Positions 1 to 13,342 of a DNA stretch of 64,000 bases are shown here, piece by piece; positions within the stretch are counted from its first letter, which is position 1; each line of letters begins with the position of its first letter. The notes under the pieces are model-generated. The model was not told where the DNA came from. It did not search any database and saw only the letters and a program-made list of their open reading frames with translations. Both the position numbers and the translations under genes were made by a program. The DNA comes from Mobula hypostoma (Eukaryota): NCBI RefSeq assembly GCF_963921235.1, contig NC_086108.1:71488001-71552000 (forward strand), read 5' to 3'.

Positions 1-990
1 GATTTCCCCTTAAGGAAACCATGTTGTCTTTGGTTTATTTTATCATCTGCCTCCAAGCATCCTGAAACCTCGTCCGTAATAATGGACTCCAATACCTTCC
101 CAAGCACTGAAGTCAGGTGATCTAGTCTACAGTTTTCTTTCTGCCTCCTTCCCTTCTTAAAGTGTGGAGTGACACTTGCAATTTTCCAGTCCTCCAGAAC
201 CGTTCTAGAAACCAATGATTCTTGAAAGATCATTACTAATGGCCTCCACAATCTCTTCAGATACCTCTTTCAGAACTCTGGGGTGTAGTCCACCAGATCT
301 AGGTGATTTATCTACCTTCAGACCTTTCAGCTTCCCAAACATCTTCTCCTTAATAATAGCAACTACACTAACTTCTGTCCTGACACTCTTGAATTTCTGG
401 CATACTGTTAGTGTCTTCTACAGTGAGGGATGATGCAAAATCTTTTATATGATATGAGAAGTTTATTTTATATAAATGGCTAGCTTCTTTTCATATTTTA
501 TCTTTTCTCTCCTTATCGCTTTTTAGTTATCTTCTGTTAGTTTTTAAAAGCTTCCCAATCTACTACCCTCCCAATAATTTTCTCTTTTTTGTATGTACTG
601 TCATTGACTTCCTGCACCTATCCAGCACTTTCTGAATTGCCCCCAGAAACTCCAGCCCCTGCTGTTCCGCTGTCATCCCTGCTTGTATCCCTTTCCAATC
701 AACTTTGGCCAGCTCCTCTCTCAGCCCCCTGTCATTCCCTTTACTCCGCTTTAATACTGATACATCTGACTTTATCTTCTCCCTCTCAAACTGCAGAGTG
801 AATTTTATCATATTATGATCACTGTCTCCTAAGGGTTCCCTTACCTTAAGCTCCCTAATCAAATCTGTTTCATTATGCAATGCCCAAGCCATAACTGCCT
901 TTCCCCTAATGGGCTCAACTACATGCTGCTCTAAAAATCCGCCTAGTAGGTATTGTACAAATTCCTTCTCTTGGGAATCAGAACCAACCT
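1..990 (-). mobile_element. CR1 LINE ORF2 fragment (endonuclease end to RT start), degraded, with internal deletions
   Basis: Minus-strand translation gives IFQESL..EDWKIASVTP..KKG..QHGFLKGKS. ORF 563..892 contains EPLGDSDHNMIKF, the APE endonuclease SDH motif. Confidence 0.9.
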
Positions 991-1266
991 CTACTGCCCT
1001 TAAGTGACTTCAATCCTGAAAAATAGTTCTTTAACCACAATTTTAGCTGTGGCTTCTAATATCTTATTCATTGACATTTTTTTTTAGTTGTTATTCAGCA
1101 GTAGATCACAGTGATTTATCATGGCCAATTGGATTTCTACTTCCTAACGGTAGAGCAAACTGAGACACATTAATGCAAAACATTTCAGTCATTAGATGTT
1201 CTGTTAATAGTATTCCTGATTAAAGTTATTACGCATAGTCATGTACCAAATCGAATTGCATCTGCC

Positions 1267-1330
1267 ATGAGACCATAAGACCATCAGACATAGGAGCAGA
1301 ATTAGGCTATTCAGCCCATCGAATCTGCCC
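1267..1330 (-). mobile_element. CR1 3' terminal fragment
   Basis: gaccataagaccatcagacataggagcagaattaggc resembles the CR1 tails at 4981 and 49500-49574. Confidence 0.65.
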
Positions 1331-3517
1331 TTCAAAGTGAGTTGGGCCCTTTGACCAGATTGATAATATCTTTCTGAAGTCTGTTACTATTCTCCATTTT
1401 TGAATATTGCTTCAACTGTATGTTTTAAAGAAAATCCCTAATACCCAAGACAAATTCATGATTATCGATTAAGGAAAGAAGTGGTCCCTATTTTTGAGTA
1501 TTGGCGAATACTTCAAGAAAGTTCCATTTAATCTAGACATAATTCATCAATTTTCTCTGCTCTCAGATGCATCATGTTCACATCGTCATCATTGCTTTAG
1601 TCTTATAGATTTATTTGAGATAAATATTTTACTTTCAAATATCGAAGCACTAAATTTGAAACCAGATTTAAAATATTTTTGACCACCTTCCCAAGTTTTC
1701 TGTCATATTGTCATATCACCTGTTTATTCTTCCCTCTTGTTCATTTTGTCCACACCATTCCTGCTCCTTTGACATTGTTTATAAAGCTTGTTCATAAACA
1801 GTGTGCTTGCATGTATGACCTTCTTGTAGAGAAATGGACTGATGTCAAAGTCTAGACAGAAATATAGGTCATGGTGACATTTTGTCCTTTAACGTAACCT
1901 TCCCCAGCCATCTATATTTTACATAAAACTAATTTATTGTTAAATCAAACCTTCATTTTGTTCCTTGCTTCTCTAACACTTTTCTTGCTTCAGTATATGA
2001 CATGCCTCCATTTCTTTCACCTTCTCTACAAAATCCTTGTTCTTGATTGCTCCTCTCATTGAGATATCCTTTTTATAAATCAGTCTCTGTACAGAATTAC
2101 TCCTCATCTTCAGTAGTTTCAATTTCTGTGTTTGTTTACTTCATTTTCAGTGTCTCATACCCATTCCTTTGTAGCAGCCAATGCTCCTCTGACTACAACA
2201 TGGTTACATTGCTTTTTGGATCAAACCATACTCTGAAAATTTGCATTAACGAAACAGTTCATCCAAACCAATGAAATCTGCAGTGTGAAGTGCCCAGCCT
2301 TCTAAGAAACAATGAACTTCAGATCTGTGAAGATAAAAAACACACAGCTCTAATTAGCAGAATTTCTAGGCAACTGAACTTGATTTTATCCTGACTTAAC
2401 TAATTATAAACAACAATAAATTCCTCAACTTTAGAAAGGGTAAAATGAAACCAATATCCTTTCACTTCATTTTGCACCATAACAAATGTACCTAGTCACT
2501 GTACTACTTAGTTGTCACACACAGAGCAAACCTGCCTGTGTAACAGTAGTTAGCTAAATTCGATTTCTTGATGGTAAATAGATTTCGTCTGCAACTAAGC
2601 CCCTCAGCTCACACATATCAAGATTTCAAATAAAATGTTAATAAGTATAAAATCATAAAACAAAATTGAGAAGAAGGCCAATAATTTTGTTTAGCTGACT
2701 TATGCAATGCAACTGCTTAAGAATAACCTATGAGTTTCAATTTGTGATACGCGGCCAAGCCTAAGGCTGATATTTCTCTAACATTCACTGGTGTTTGTTG
2801 AAATTGGCAAGGCAACGAAGACTTAAGTGGATTTATTTGTTCAATATGAGATAGCTATAACCTTGAAATACTGGGAATTTTCAAATTCCATGGGACTTTG
2901 CTGCAATCCCAGTAGATTTGAAAGTGAAAGGCCTTTGGTTTATATCTCACAGCACCCTGAAATACTATGGGCTGCAGTTGAAAACATTTCTTATCAACAA
3001 CAAACAGACACAGTAGTGCATAAAACTGAGATGTTCTTTCTAGATCTGAGAGTTGGTTTATGGTGTTTCCCAGTGATTGTGCATTTTGATAACAGTAGCC
3101 ATTCTGATTAAATTCTTTAAATACACAATGGTTGAAATGGTTGATTGAATAAATGATAAGCAAATCAAATTAATTCATGCCAAGATTCCGATACAATTAG
3201 GTGTTGTTGGCTTATCTGGTACAAAATATGTTTTCTTTTTGGAGAGTTTTAGGAAGGGTGACAACGATTGAAATTCCAAGTTTTTTTTAATGCCACTAAA
3301 ACACGGAACTGTTCTTGGAATAAATTTGCATAGTATAATTCAAAGATCTCTGTGCAGGAGAAATGGTCTAAAGACAGCAGTTATCTGTAAATGGTCTCCT
3401 TGAACTTAAAGATTAGCTTTATTGGTCACGTTGAAACATATACTGAAGTGCGTCATTTTGCATCAACGACCAACACAGTGTGTGGCTGCACTGGGCACAG
3501 CTTACAAGTGTTGCCAA

Positions 3518-4551
3518 GCATCCGTCCTGATGAAGTGCATTGAGAGGTTGCTCATGAAACATATCGACTCCAGCCAGAGGAGTGACTTGGATCCGCCCTA
3601 ATTTACATGTTGTCACAACAGGTCGAAGGCAGATACCATTTCACTCAGCCCTGGAACATCTGGAGAATGAAGAAGAATACATCAGGATGCTCCTCATTGA
3701 CTACAGCTCTGAATTCAACACGATCATCCCATCAAAACTCATTAATAGCTCCAAGGCCTTGATAGCTCCCTGTGCAATTGGATCCTCGGTTTCCTAACTT
3801 GCAGACCCCAGTCAGTTCAGATTGGCAACAACATCTCTCCGCCACCACCATCCAGGTCATGCTTTCTTCTCACTGTTGCCGTCGGGAAGGAACTGCAGGA
3901 GCCTTTGGTCTCATACTGCCAGGTTCAGAGCCCTCAGTCACCTCCACACTGAACTAATCCACAATCTATGGACTCATTTTCAGGGACTCTACAACTTCAT
4001 ATTCTTAAGTAAAGTAAAGGCATCCGTTAGTCTTGCGAGACCATGGATCTGCGCCTGGAAAGTCTTCACTCTCCAGGGCGCAGGCCTGGGCAAGGTTGTA
4101 TGGAAGACCAGCAGCTGCCCATGCTGCAAGTCTCCCCTCTCCACCACACCGATGTTGTCCAAGGGAAGGGCATTAGGACCCATACAGCTTGGCACCGGTG
4201 TCGTTGCAGAGCAATGTGTGATTAAGTGCCTTGCTCAAGGACACAACACGTTCCCTCGGCTGGGGCTCGAACTCATGACCTTCAGGTCACTAGTCCAATG
4301 CCTTAACCACTTGGCCACATGACCACATATTCTTAATATCTCAATAAATCTATCCATTTATTTATTTATGTATGTTCTTTTTTGTAATTGCACAGCTTGT
4401 CTTACACACTTTGGCTGCTTTGCCTGTTTTTTTGTTTGTAGATTTTCATTGATTCTATTATGTTTCTTTGAATGCCTGCGAGGAAATGAATCTCAGGGTA
4501 GCATATGGTGACATATACATACCTTGATAATAAATTTACTTTGAACTTTGA
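3518..4551 (+). mobile_element. Rex1/Babar LINE fragment (RT part plus 3' UTR) with an internal deletion
   Basis: ORF 3582..3797 contains [32 protein letters not shown] follows, then the tail aataaatttactttgaactttga. Confidence 0.85.
4009..4325 (-). mobile_element. tRNA-derived SINE with a CORE-like domain, full length, 11-bp TSD
   Basis: The minus strand has an A box (tggccaagtggttaagg), a B box (gagttcgagccc), CORE-like gtgtccttgagcaaggcacttaa and a (TTTAC)n tail. TSD CATATTCTTAA at 3998-4008 and 4326-4336. Confidence 0.88.
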
Positions 4552-4946
4552 CTGCTTCCAGTGCCAACATAGCATGTTCACAACTTACTGACCCCATCCC
4601 ATACCTCGTTTGGAATGTGCGAGGAAAACTGAGCATCCAAAGGAAAAGCACACAGTTGAGGGGAGAAAGTACAAACTCCTTACAGACAGCAATTGAACCC
4701 TGATCTTCCATTAACTGGCACTGTGAATATTGTGATAACTGCTATGCTACTGAGCACTTCACAAGGAAAACAAGGAGAGCACAAAATGATAAAATATAAC
4801 GCTTTGCAACCAAGCAAATATGGGCATTACTTGTAGACTTACTTCTCACCTTTTTACCTCCATTCAATTTATAGTTATGATGAAACAGATTGGTTTAATC
4901 ATGGGGATGGAAGAGATTAGGCAGATGCTAGAAGTCTTATGGAACA

Positions 4947-7900
4947 TCCACAAAATGCTGAAGGAAATCAGCAGGCCATTTATAAGTCCATAAGACCAGA
5001 AGGTTTAGGAACAGAATTAGGCCATCTGGCCCATTGCGCTGGCTTTACATTTCATCGTGGCTGATCCAATTTTCCTCTCAGCCCCAATATCCTGCCTTCT
5101 CCCCATATCTCTTCATGCCCTGACCAAGCAAGAATTGATTAACCTTTGCCTTACATATACATAAAGATTTGGCCTCCACAGCTGACTGTGGCAAAGAATT
5201 CCACAGATTCATCACACTTTGGCTAAAGAAATTCCTCCTCCTCTTCATTCTAAAAGGTCTCCTCTCTAGTCTGAAGTGTGGCCTTTGATCTTAGACTCTC
5301 CCACCACGGGAAACATCCTCTCCAGATCCACTCTATCAAGGCCTTTCGCCAATCGATAGGTTTCATTGAGGTCAACCCTTATTCTTTTGAATTCTAGTGA
5401 ATACAGGCCCAGAGCCATCAAGCAGTCTTCACACGACAAGCCATTTAATCCTGGAATCACTTTTGTGAACCTCCATTGAACCTTCTCCAGTTTCAGCAAT
5501 CCTTTCTAAGAGTGTGATCTGAAATCTGCTCACAATACTCCACATGGGGCTTCATCGGTGCTTTATCAAGTCTCAACACTACATCCTTGCTTTTATATTC
5601 TAGTCCTCTTGAAATGAATGCTAACATTGCATTTGCTTTCCTTACCACAGACTCAACCTGCAAATTAACTTTTAGGGGATCTCAGATTTTTGTATTTTCT
5701 CTCCGTTTAGAGAATAGCCTATCCTTTCATTTCTTCTACCAAAGTGCATGACTATACGCTTCCCAACACTGCCATCTGCCATTTCTTTGCCCATTCCTCT
5801 AATCTGTCTACACCTTTCTGAAGCCTCTCTACTTCCTCACACCTATCTGCCCCTCCACCTATCTTTGTATCGTCTGCAAACTTTGCAACAAAGCCATCAA
5901 TTCCATCATCCAAATCATTGACATATAACGTAAAAAGAATCAGTCCCAACACAGACCCCTGTGGAAAATCACTAGTTGCTGGCAGCCAACCAGAAAAGGC
6001 TCGCTTTCTTCCTAATCTTTGCCTCCTGTGAATCAGCCACTGCTTTATCCAAGCTAGAATCTTTTCTGTAATTCCATGGGTGTGTAGCTTGTTAAGCAGC
6101 CTCATGTGTGACACCTTGTCAAAGGCCTTCTGAAAATCCAAGTACACAACATCAACCAATTTTCCTCTGTCTATCTTGCTTGTTATTTCTTCAAAGAATT
6201 CCCACAGATTTGTCAGGCAAGATTTTCCCTTGAGGAAACTATGCTTATTCTATCATGTGCCTCCAAATACCCTGAGACCTCATCCTTAATAATTGACTCC
6301 AACATATTCCCAACCACTGAGGTCAGACTAAATGGCCAATAGTTTCCTTTCTTCTGCCTCTCTCCCTTCTTGCAATTTTCCATTCTTCCAAAACCGTTCC
6401 AGAATCTAGTGATTCTTGAAAGATCATTACTAATTCCTCTACAATCTCTTCAGCCACCTCTTTCAGAACCCGGGAGTGTACACCATCTGGCCCAGGTGAC
6501 TTATCTACCTTCAGACCTTTCAGTTTCCCAAGAACCTTCTCTATAGTAATGGTAACTTCACACACTTCATGCCTCTGACACTTAGAGCTTCCAACATATT
6601 GCTAATGTCTTCCACTGTGAAGGCTGATGCAAAATACTTATTCAGTTTGTCTACTATTTCTTGCCTCCCATTACTACCTCTCCAGCATTGTTTTCCAGCA
6701 GTACAGTATCCACTGTCACCTCTCTTTTACACTTTATGTGTCTGAAGAAACTTTTGGTATCTTCTTTAATGTTGTTATCTAGGTTACTTTTGTATTCCAT
6801 CTTTACCTTCTTAATGACTTTTTTAGCTCCCTTCTGTTTGTTTTTAAAAGTTTTCCAATCCTGTAACTTCCCAATCATTTTTGCTCTACTATATGCCCTC
6901 CCTTTGGCTTTTATGTGGGCATTGACTTCTCTTGTTAGCCACGGTTGTGTTGTCTTTCCTTGAGAATACTTCCTCTTTGGGATGTATGTATCCTGCATCT
7001 TCCATATTGCTTCCAGAAACTCCATCCATTGCTGTTTTGCCATAATCACTGCCAGTGTTCTTTTCCAATCAATTCTGGCCAAATCTTCTCTCATGCCTCT
7101 GTAATTCCCCTTACTTCACTTAATATGAATACATCTGACTTTAGCATCTCCTTCTCATATTTCAGAGTGAATTCGATCATATTATGATGACTTTCCCCAA
7201 AGGGTTCTGTTTCCTTAAGGTCTCTAATCAATTCTGGTTCATTGTACAACACCCAATCCAGAATAGCTGATCCCCTTGTGGGCTCAAGCATGAGCTGCTC
7301 TAAAAAGCCATCACATAGGCACTCTAGAAACTCCCCCTCCTGGTATCCAGCACCAGCCTGATTTTCCCAATCCACCTGCATATAGAAATCCCCCATGACT
7401 ATTGTAACATTGCCCTTTAAGCATACATTTTCAATCTCCCATTGTAATTTGTAGATCACGCCCTTACTACTGTTTGGGAGTCTGTATACAACTTCCAATA
7501 GGATCTGTTTACTGTTGCAGTTCCTTAGCTCTATCCACAGTGGTTCAACACCTTCCGACTCTATGTCACCTCTTTCTAATGATTTGATTTCATTTTTTTA
7601 CCAACAGAGCAACACCACACCCTCTGCCTTCCTGCCTGTCCTTTCAATACAATGTGTATCCTTGGACATTAAGCTCCCAGCTATAAATCTCCTTTCAGCC
7701 ATGATTCAGCGATGCCTACAAAATCATACATGCCAATCTGTAACTATGCTGCAGGTTCATTGACCTTATTCCATATACTGCGTGCATTGTCATCTATGGA
7801 GGGAATTAACTGGTCGATATTCCAGGCCAAAACCTTGACTGGAAAGGAAGGTAACAGAAGTAGGAAAGTGAAGGTAGAAGGAAGGGAATGAGTGCAAGCT

Positions 7901-8062
7901 AGAAAGTGGTAGGTAAGACCCTCTACCAGTTTGTCCTTCTCCCAGCCTCTCACCTTCTTATTTTAGCTTCTCCTGCCTTCAAGGGGTCTTGGTCTGAAAT
8001 CTCGATGGTATACTTTCCTCCATGAATGCTGCCAGACCTGATGAGCTCCTGCAGCATTTTGA
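4947..8062. mobile_element. Penelope-derived fold-back element (4947-4978 plus 7790-8062) interrupted by a CR1
   Basis: cacaaaatgctgaaggaaatcagcaggcc resumes at catctatggaggg after the CR1. It ends with the inverted copy gctgccagacctgatgagctcctgcagcattttg. Confidence 0.7.
4981..7788 (-). mobile_element. CR1 LINE, nearly complete ORF2 (APE endonuclease plus RT) and 3' UTR, frameshifted
   Basis: ORF fragments run from NARSIWNKVNE (endonuclease start) through MGDF, GESHHNMIEF, KSPGPDGVH, VYLDFQKAFDKV and PQGSVLG to FADDTK. The 3' tail is at 4981. Confidence 0.95.
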
Positions 8063-8183
8063 TTGGTTTAATAAGTTGTGTTTCACACCAAAATTCCACA
8101 TTAGAAGAATATTATTGAAACTGTTGCCTAGGCACGTTCTGCTCCATCCTGTCTTTCTGAGATTAGTGTATATCACAGACTAA

Positions 8184-9310
8184 TTGGCTCTTCTCGCGGC
8201 CTTGGATCACCTGGGCAATACTAATACTTATGCCAGGCTGCTGTTTATTGACTATAGCTCAACATTTAACACAATCATTCCTACCCGTTTTATCACAAAG
8301 CTCCAAAACACAGGCCTCTGTACCTCCCTCTGCAACTGGATCCTTGACTTCTTCACCGGAAGACCACAGACTGTGCGGATCCGAAGCAACATCTCCACCC
8401 CACTGACAATCAACACTGGAGCACCTCAAGGATGCGTGCTTAGCCCACTGCTCTACTCTCTCACACCCACGACTGTGTGGCTAGGCCCAGTTCAAATGCC
8501 ATCTATAAATTTGCTGACAACATAACTATGGTTGGCGGAAATTCAGATGGTGACGAGAAGGCATACAGGAACGAGATATATCAGCTAGTTGAGTGGTGTC
8601 ACACCGGCAACCTTGCACTCAACGTCTGTAAGATCAAAGAATTGATCTGAACTTCAGAAAGGGTAAGACAAGGGAACACACCCCAGTCCTCATAGAGGGA
8701 TCAGAAGTGGAAAAGCAAGCAATTTCAAGCTCCATTTTGTCAATATCCCTTAGGATGCTGGGCTCAACATTTCAATGCAGCTACAAAGAAGGCACGACAG
8801 TGGCTATATTTCATTAGGAGTTTGAGAAGACTTGGTATGTCACCAAGGACACCTGCAAATTTCTACAGATGTACCGTGGAGAGCATTCTAACTGGCTGCA
8901 CCATTGTCTGGTACGGGAGGGGGCTACTGCACAGGATTGAAGCGAGTCGTGGAAAATTGTAAACTCTTAGCTGCATCATGGGCACAAGCTGCATCAGCGC
9001 TGGACTTTGGGGCAGATGATCCTGAGTTCGAATCCAGCTGGGTCCCAACCTGGGTAGCAGCAGTATCTGTGTGGAAGAAAGGCCTGGCAATCTACTTCCG
9101 TATTGTGTCACGAAAACCCTATGGACAACGACACTACGCATAGGGTCGACATGAGTCGACAACAACTTCTCAGCACTCAGAAACAACTACAACATACATC
9201 TCTGCTTACTGTAATTCACATTTTATTTTTATGTGTTGCAATGTACTGCTGCACGTAACAAATAATATATCATATGCCGGTGATAGCTTATCTGATTCGG
9301 ATTCTGACTA
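8184..9310 (+). mobile_element. Rex1/Babar LINE fragment (RT to 3' end)
   Basis: [18 protein letters not shown] and [12 protein letters not shown] in ORF 8184..8525; aaatttgctgac (KFAD); tail tctgattcggattctga. Confidence 0.88.
8990..9195 (+). mobile_element. tRNA-derived SINE with an RTE-like 3' tail, nested in Rex1
   Basis: B box gagttcgaatcc. The 3' end catagggtcgacatgagtcgacaacaac...aaacaactacaac resembles an RTE stem-loop followed by a (CAA)n tail. Confidence 0.7.
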
Positions 9311-10550
9311 ATATGTGGATTGCACCACGTGGCTGCTCTAGTTCAAAGAATCAACTGAATCAGAAGAAAAACAAGTCACTATAAGAAATGGATCAGTATA
9401 TGAATGAGCACTTAGCATCACCATACTTAAATAAATCTGTACAGTAACTCCAAGGAAGGGAGGAATTTGCATTTCCAAAGGGCCAGTTGTATGGACAGGA
9501 CATTATTAAATGCTTCATGGTCAGTAAAGTGACCTTGAAGTGTTGACATTGATACAATGCTTTCAAAAGCAGCAGCTGATTTCCTCGCAGCGTGGTCTAC
9601 AGATACCGACTGAATAATGAGGTGCCTAGCTGGTAGTGTGCTCACGTGTACACATATCTGGATTCAGCATTATAGCCAGCGTATTCTAAGAATAACAGAG
9701 TACATGGCCAGTTTTATCTTGAAGCCCGAAAGCCCAATTCACTTTGACACTATAAGTGTCAATTTACCAGTGGTAACAGGTTCAATTGCTCTTTAGTTTA
9801 TGTATCTAAGTGGAATTGACAAGGCTGCTGTCAGAGAACAATAAACCACTGACAGACATCACTATTATAGATCACTCTGCATGGCTGGAGTTACTCTGAT
9901 ACCAAATTCACATAAGGACACATATCCAAATATCTTACACATTCATTCACAAGTCAATTTCAGATTAAATTTGGCCGCTTCGTTCCCGTGTGTGATTTGC
10001 ATCTAAAATTCATTACAAGAAGGTTTCTGTGTGGTTGTGGGGTGGAAAGTGAGCGTCTTATAGACAAAAATTCCTTAAAATCTGCCATGAAAATTAAGAG
10101 TTCCTGGAAGGTTTTCTATTAATTGCCTCTTATTACTCAATCCAATTCATACAGCCTTTCCAAAAAATGAAATCAACCATATCAAAAAATAGTTTTATCT
10201 ATTGTACCTTCGCCCCATAACACAACTGATCATATTGGAGAGAACTGAGCGAATGTCATGACAAGTTCACATCCTGCTGAACTCCTATTGTAGCTAATTC
10301 TTTTCATATGTTAAAACATTGGGTTTCAATTTATGCAGGAAAACAAACTGAACTGAAGAATGTGATCCCAAAACTCTTATAAAATCCAATGTAATCTGAA
10401 GGAATTAAATGTATTCAGTTGTTTTGGAACAAAGCATTGGTAACAGCCATGTACTCTAATTTATTTGTGAGTTTTGAGTTGGCATCTTTTCAAGATTGTT
10501 TATTGTCATTCTTCAGTACATGAGTGCACTGAAGAATGACTGAAGTGAAG

Positions 10551-10880
10551 TCTCCCATCCACTACATAATGTACTGGGTGGGCACAGGAGTACATTCAGC
10601 CAGAGACTCATTCCACCGAGATGCAACACTGAGCGTCATAGGAAGTCATTCCTGCCTGTGGCCATCAAACTTTACAACTCCTCCCTTGGAGGGTCAGACA
10701 CCCTGAGCCAATAGGCCGGTCCTGGACTTATTTCCATCTGGCATAATTACATATTATTATTTAATTATTTATGGTTTTCTATTGCTATATTTATACTCTA
10801 TTCTTGGTTGGTGCAACTGTAACGAAACCCAGTTTCCCTCGGGATCAATAAAGTATGTCTGTCTATCTATCTATCTATCT
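10551..10880 (+). mobile_element. Young Rex1/Babar 3' fragment, 5'-truncated
   Basis: Encodes ...HRKSFLPVAIKLYNSSLGGSDTLSQ*, nearly identical to 35935-36250. It has AATAAA and a (TCTA)n tail. Confidence 0.92.
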
Positions 10881-12134
10881 AAATGATTGTTATTCTGGAT
10901 CCGATGCAGCTTAAAAAATAACAATAAGCATAAAGTACACAACAAAAAAGCACAATAAATATAGATATGAAAGCGATTCTATAAAACACAATGTACAAGT
11001 AACTTAAATTCATAGTCTGATTGTATGTACATAAAGTGACACTAGGTGATGTGTATTTTGTAGTGTGGTGTGGTTAATGAGTGGATGTGTTGGTCAGCCC
11101 ATCGGCTTGAGCAAAGTATTCTGGTTGGGTGAAGTATCGGCTTGGGGGAAGTATTGGGGGGAATTTTCTGGGTTTAAAGAGCAGACATGTACAAATTAGC
11201 AGAATTCGAAGATTTAAAAATAGGAACAGAACCACTTATCAGTTAGCATCTGAATTAAAGAGTATTTTGTCCCATTTATCAGATTGTGCTAACTACTCAC
11301 AAACCAAAACACCTTTATTGTTCGTTCAGTTTCAAAATCGACTGAAGGACTGGGTTGCTTAGATTGTGGGGATGTCTATATTCAGAAATAATTATGTGTT
11401 ACTGCCACAGTATTCATTGTACATGACTTTGAAACAGGAGAATGTTAAATGAAATATTGTTTCCTGAGATAACAGTTATGATTTGGTTTATTTATTCTCG
11501 AATCCAGGCAGAGCCTGGAAGACTGATATTTACTGGCTGAGTGGAAGAGGTGGTGGTGCATCTTATCCATGGTCTACTGATATATCTCCTATTACAACCT
11601 GTTGTATCAGTTTGTAAAGCAGTCTTAAGTGCAAGTGGAAGAATGTGAATGTAGGGAAGTCAGAAAACCTGAAATATTTTGGAAATTTGCCCAGTTCACT
11701 TCTAGACATGTTGGAAACTCTAAAATGGCTCTTTGAACTTAGAATGGAATTTCATATTCCTACTTTCAAAGAGGCTATTGCAAATCAAACAATTTTGTAA
11801 CATCGGTTCTCATTTCTGGCCTCCTTCTTTCCAGAGAAAAAATGTTCAGTCTGCCTAATCTTTCCTGATGCACATGTCCCCTCAATTCTGGTAACAGCCT
11901 TGTAAAGTTCCATAGAATTGTCATATTTAAACATTTTCTTTCTTTCTTTATTTTTGAGATCAAGGCTTTGCTGGCAGGGCCAGAATTTATTATTAATCTC
12001 TAACTGCCCTTGAAAAGTCTCCTTTAACCACTACAGTCCTCCTGGTCTAGGTAATCCCATGGTGTTTTTGGGTAAGGAGTTCTCAGATTTGAACCCAGTG
12101 AGGATGAAGGACTGGTAAAGTATTTACAAATTAG

Positions 12135-12710
12135 GATAGTGCATACCTTAGTTAGACTGCACATGGAGTACTGTGTTCAGTTCTGGTCACCTCACTACAG
12201 GAAGGAAGTGGATACAATAGAGAGAGTGCAGAGGGGATTTACGAGGATGCTGCCTGGATTGGAGAGCAGGTTTTATGACAATAGGTTGAGTGAACTTGGC
12301 CTTTTCTCCTTGGATCGACAGAGGATGAGAGGTGACCTGATAGTGGTGTATAGATGATGAGAGGCATTGATCATGTAGATTGCCAGAGGCTTTTTCCCAG
12401 GGCTGAAATGGCTAACATGAGTGGGAATAGTTCTAAGGTGCTTGGAAGTAGGTGCAAAGGGGATATCAGGAGGAAGCTTTTACACAGAGAGTGGTGGGTG
12501 TGTGGAATGCACTGCCAGCAACAATGGTAGATGTAGGTGCAATAGGGTCTTTTAAGAGGCTCTTAGACGGGCACATGGAGCTTAGAAAAACAGAGGGCTC
12601 TGCGGTAGGGTAATTCTAGGCATGGTTGGAGGTTGCATGATCGGCACAACATTGTGGGCCGAAGGGCCTGTAATGTGCTGTAGATTACTATGATTCTATG
12701 ATTCTATGAT
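12135..12710 (+). mobile_element. CR1 3' fragment
   Basis: LVRLHMEYCVQFWSPHY..ERVQR..RMRGDL, followed by an (ATTCTATG)n tail. Confidence 0.92.
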
Positions 12711-12854
12711 TTACAGGGGAAATTGGTGGTAATGTTCCCATTGGCCTGTAATCTTTGTCCTCCTTTGTGGTAAAATTTGCATGCTTGTAAGACAGTGTTG
12801 GAGTAGCCTAGGCAAGGAACCTCCATGCATTTTATAAGTGCTATACACTATAAC

Positions 12855-13342
12855 CCCTGAAAATTTGGAAAGGTCAGGTTTGGGCTGATGGTGGGGTCCG
12901 GGGCCCGAGTGTATTGAAGCGACAGGGCCCGGTTCCAAGAACGAGGAACAACCTGATGTTTGGACGATTTAAGCACCAGGCCAGATTGATAAGGTCAGGG
13001 TGTTGGGACCGGAGGCAAGGGACAGATCGATTCAGCTTACTGTTCCGTGGAGTTTACTCGAATTTGCGCTAAATTTAGACTGTGGCCTGCTTTGGCTTCA
13101 GTGATGCCTGGCTTTGTGTCTGTGGAATCACCTTCATCAAACTTCAGTTCTAAATGCTATTTGCTTACTTTTATTGCTTGCATGATTTTTTTTCCTCTCT
13201 GCATATTTAATGTTTGATGGCCTTCTTTTTTTAGGGGGTTCTTTTGGGTTTCTTTGTTTTGTGTCTGCCTATAAGCAGACGAATCTCAAGGTTGTATAAT
13301 GTATACATACATTGATAATAAATGTGCTTTGAACTTTGACCT
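12855..13342 (+). mobile_element. Non-coding element carrying a Rex1-type 3' tail (putative non-autonomous retroposon)
   Basis: It ends gaatctcaaggttgta...aataaatgtgctttgaactttga. Its 3' ~200 bp align with the reverse complement of 38495-38700. Confidence 0.6.

Larger units (their letters stand above)
3412..4760 (-). mobile_element. V-SINE (HE1-like tRNA SINE) split by a Rex1 insertion; parts at 3412-3517 and 4552-4760
   Basis: The two halves are colinear with the uninterrupted copy at 42690-42995. The minus strand shows the V-domain-like tgtaaggagtttgtactttctccc...ggatgctcagttttcctcgcacattccaaa. Confidence 0.7.

Noticed and set aside
4255..4325. tRNA gene
   Set aside because: The tRNA-like head continues into a SINE body and is bounded by a TSD.
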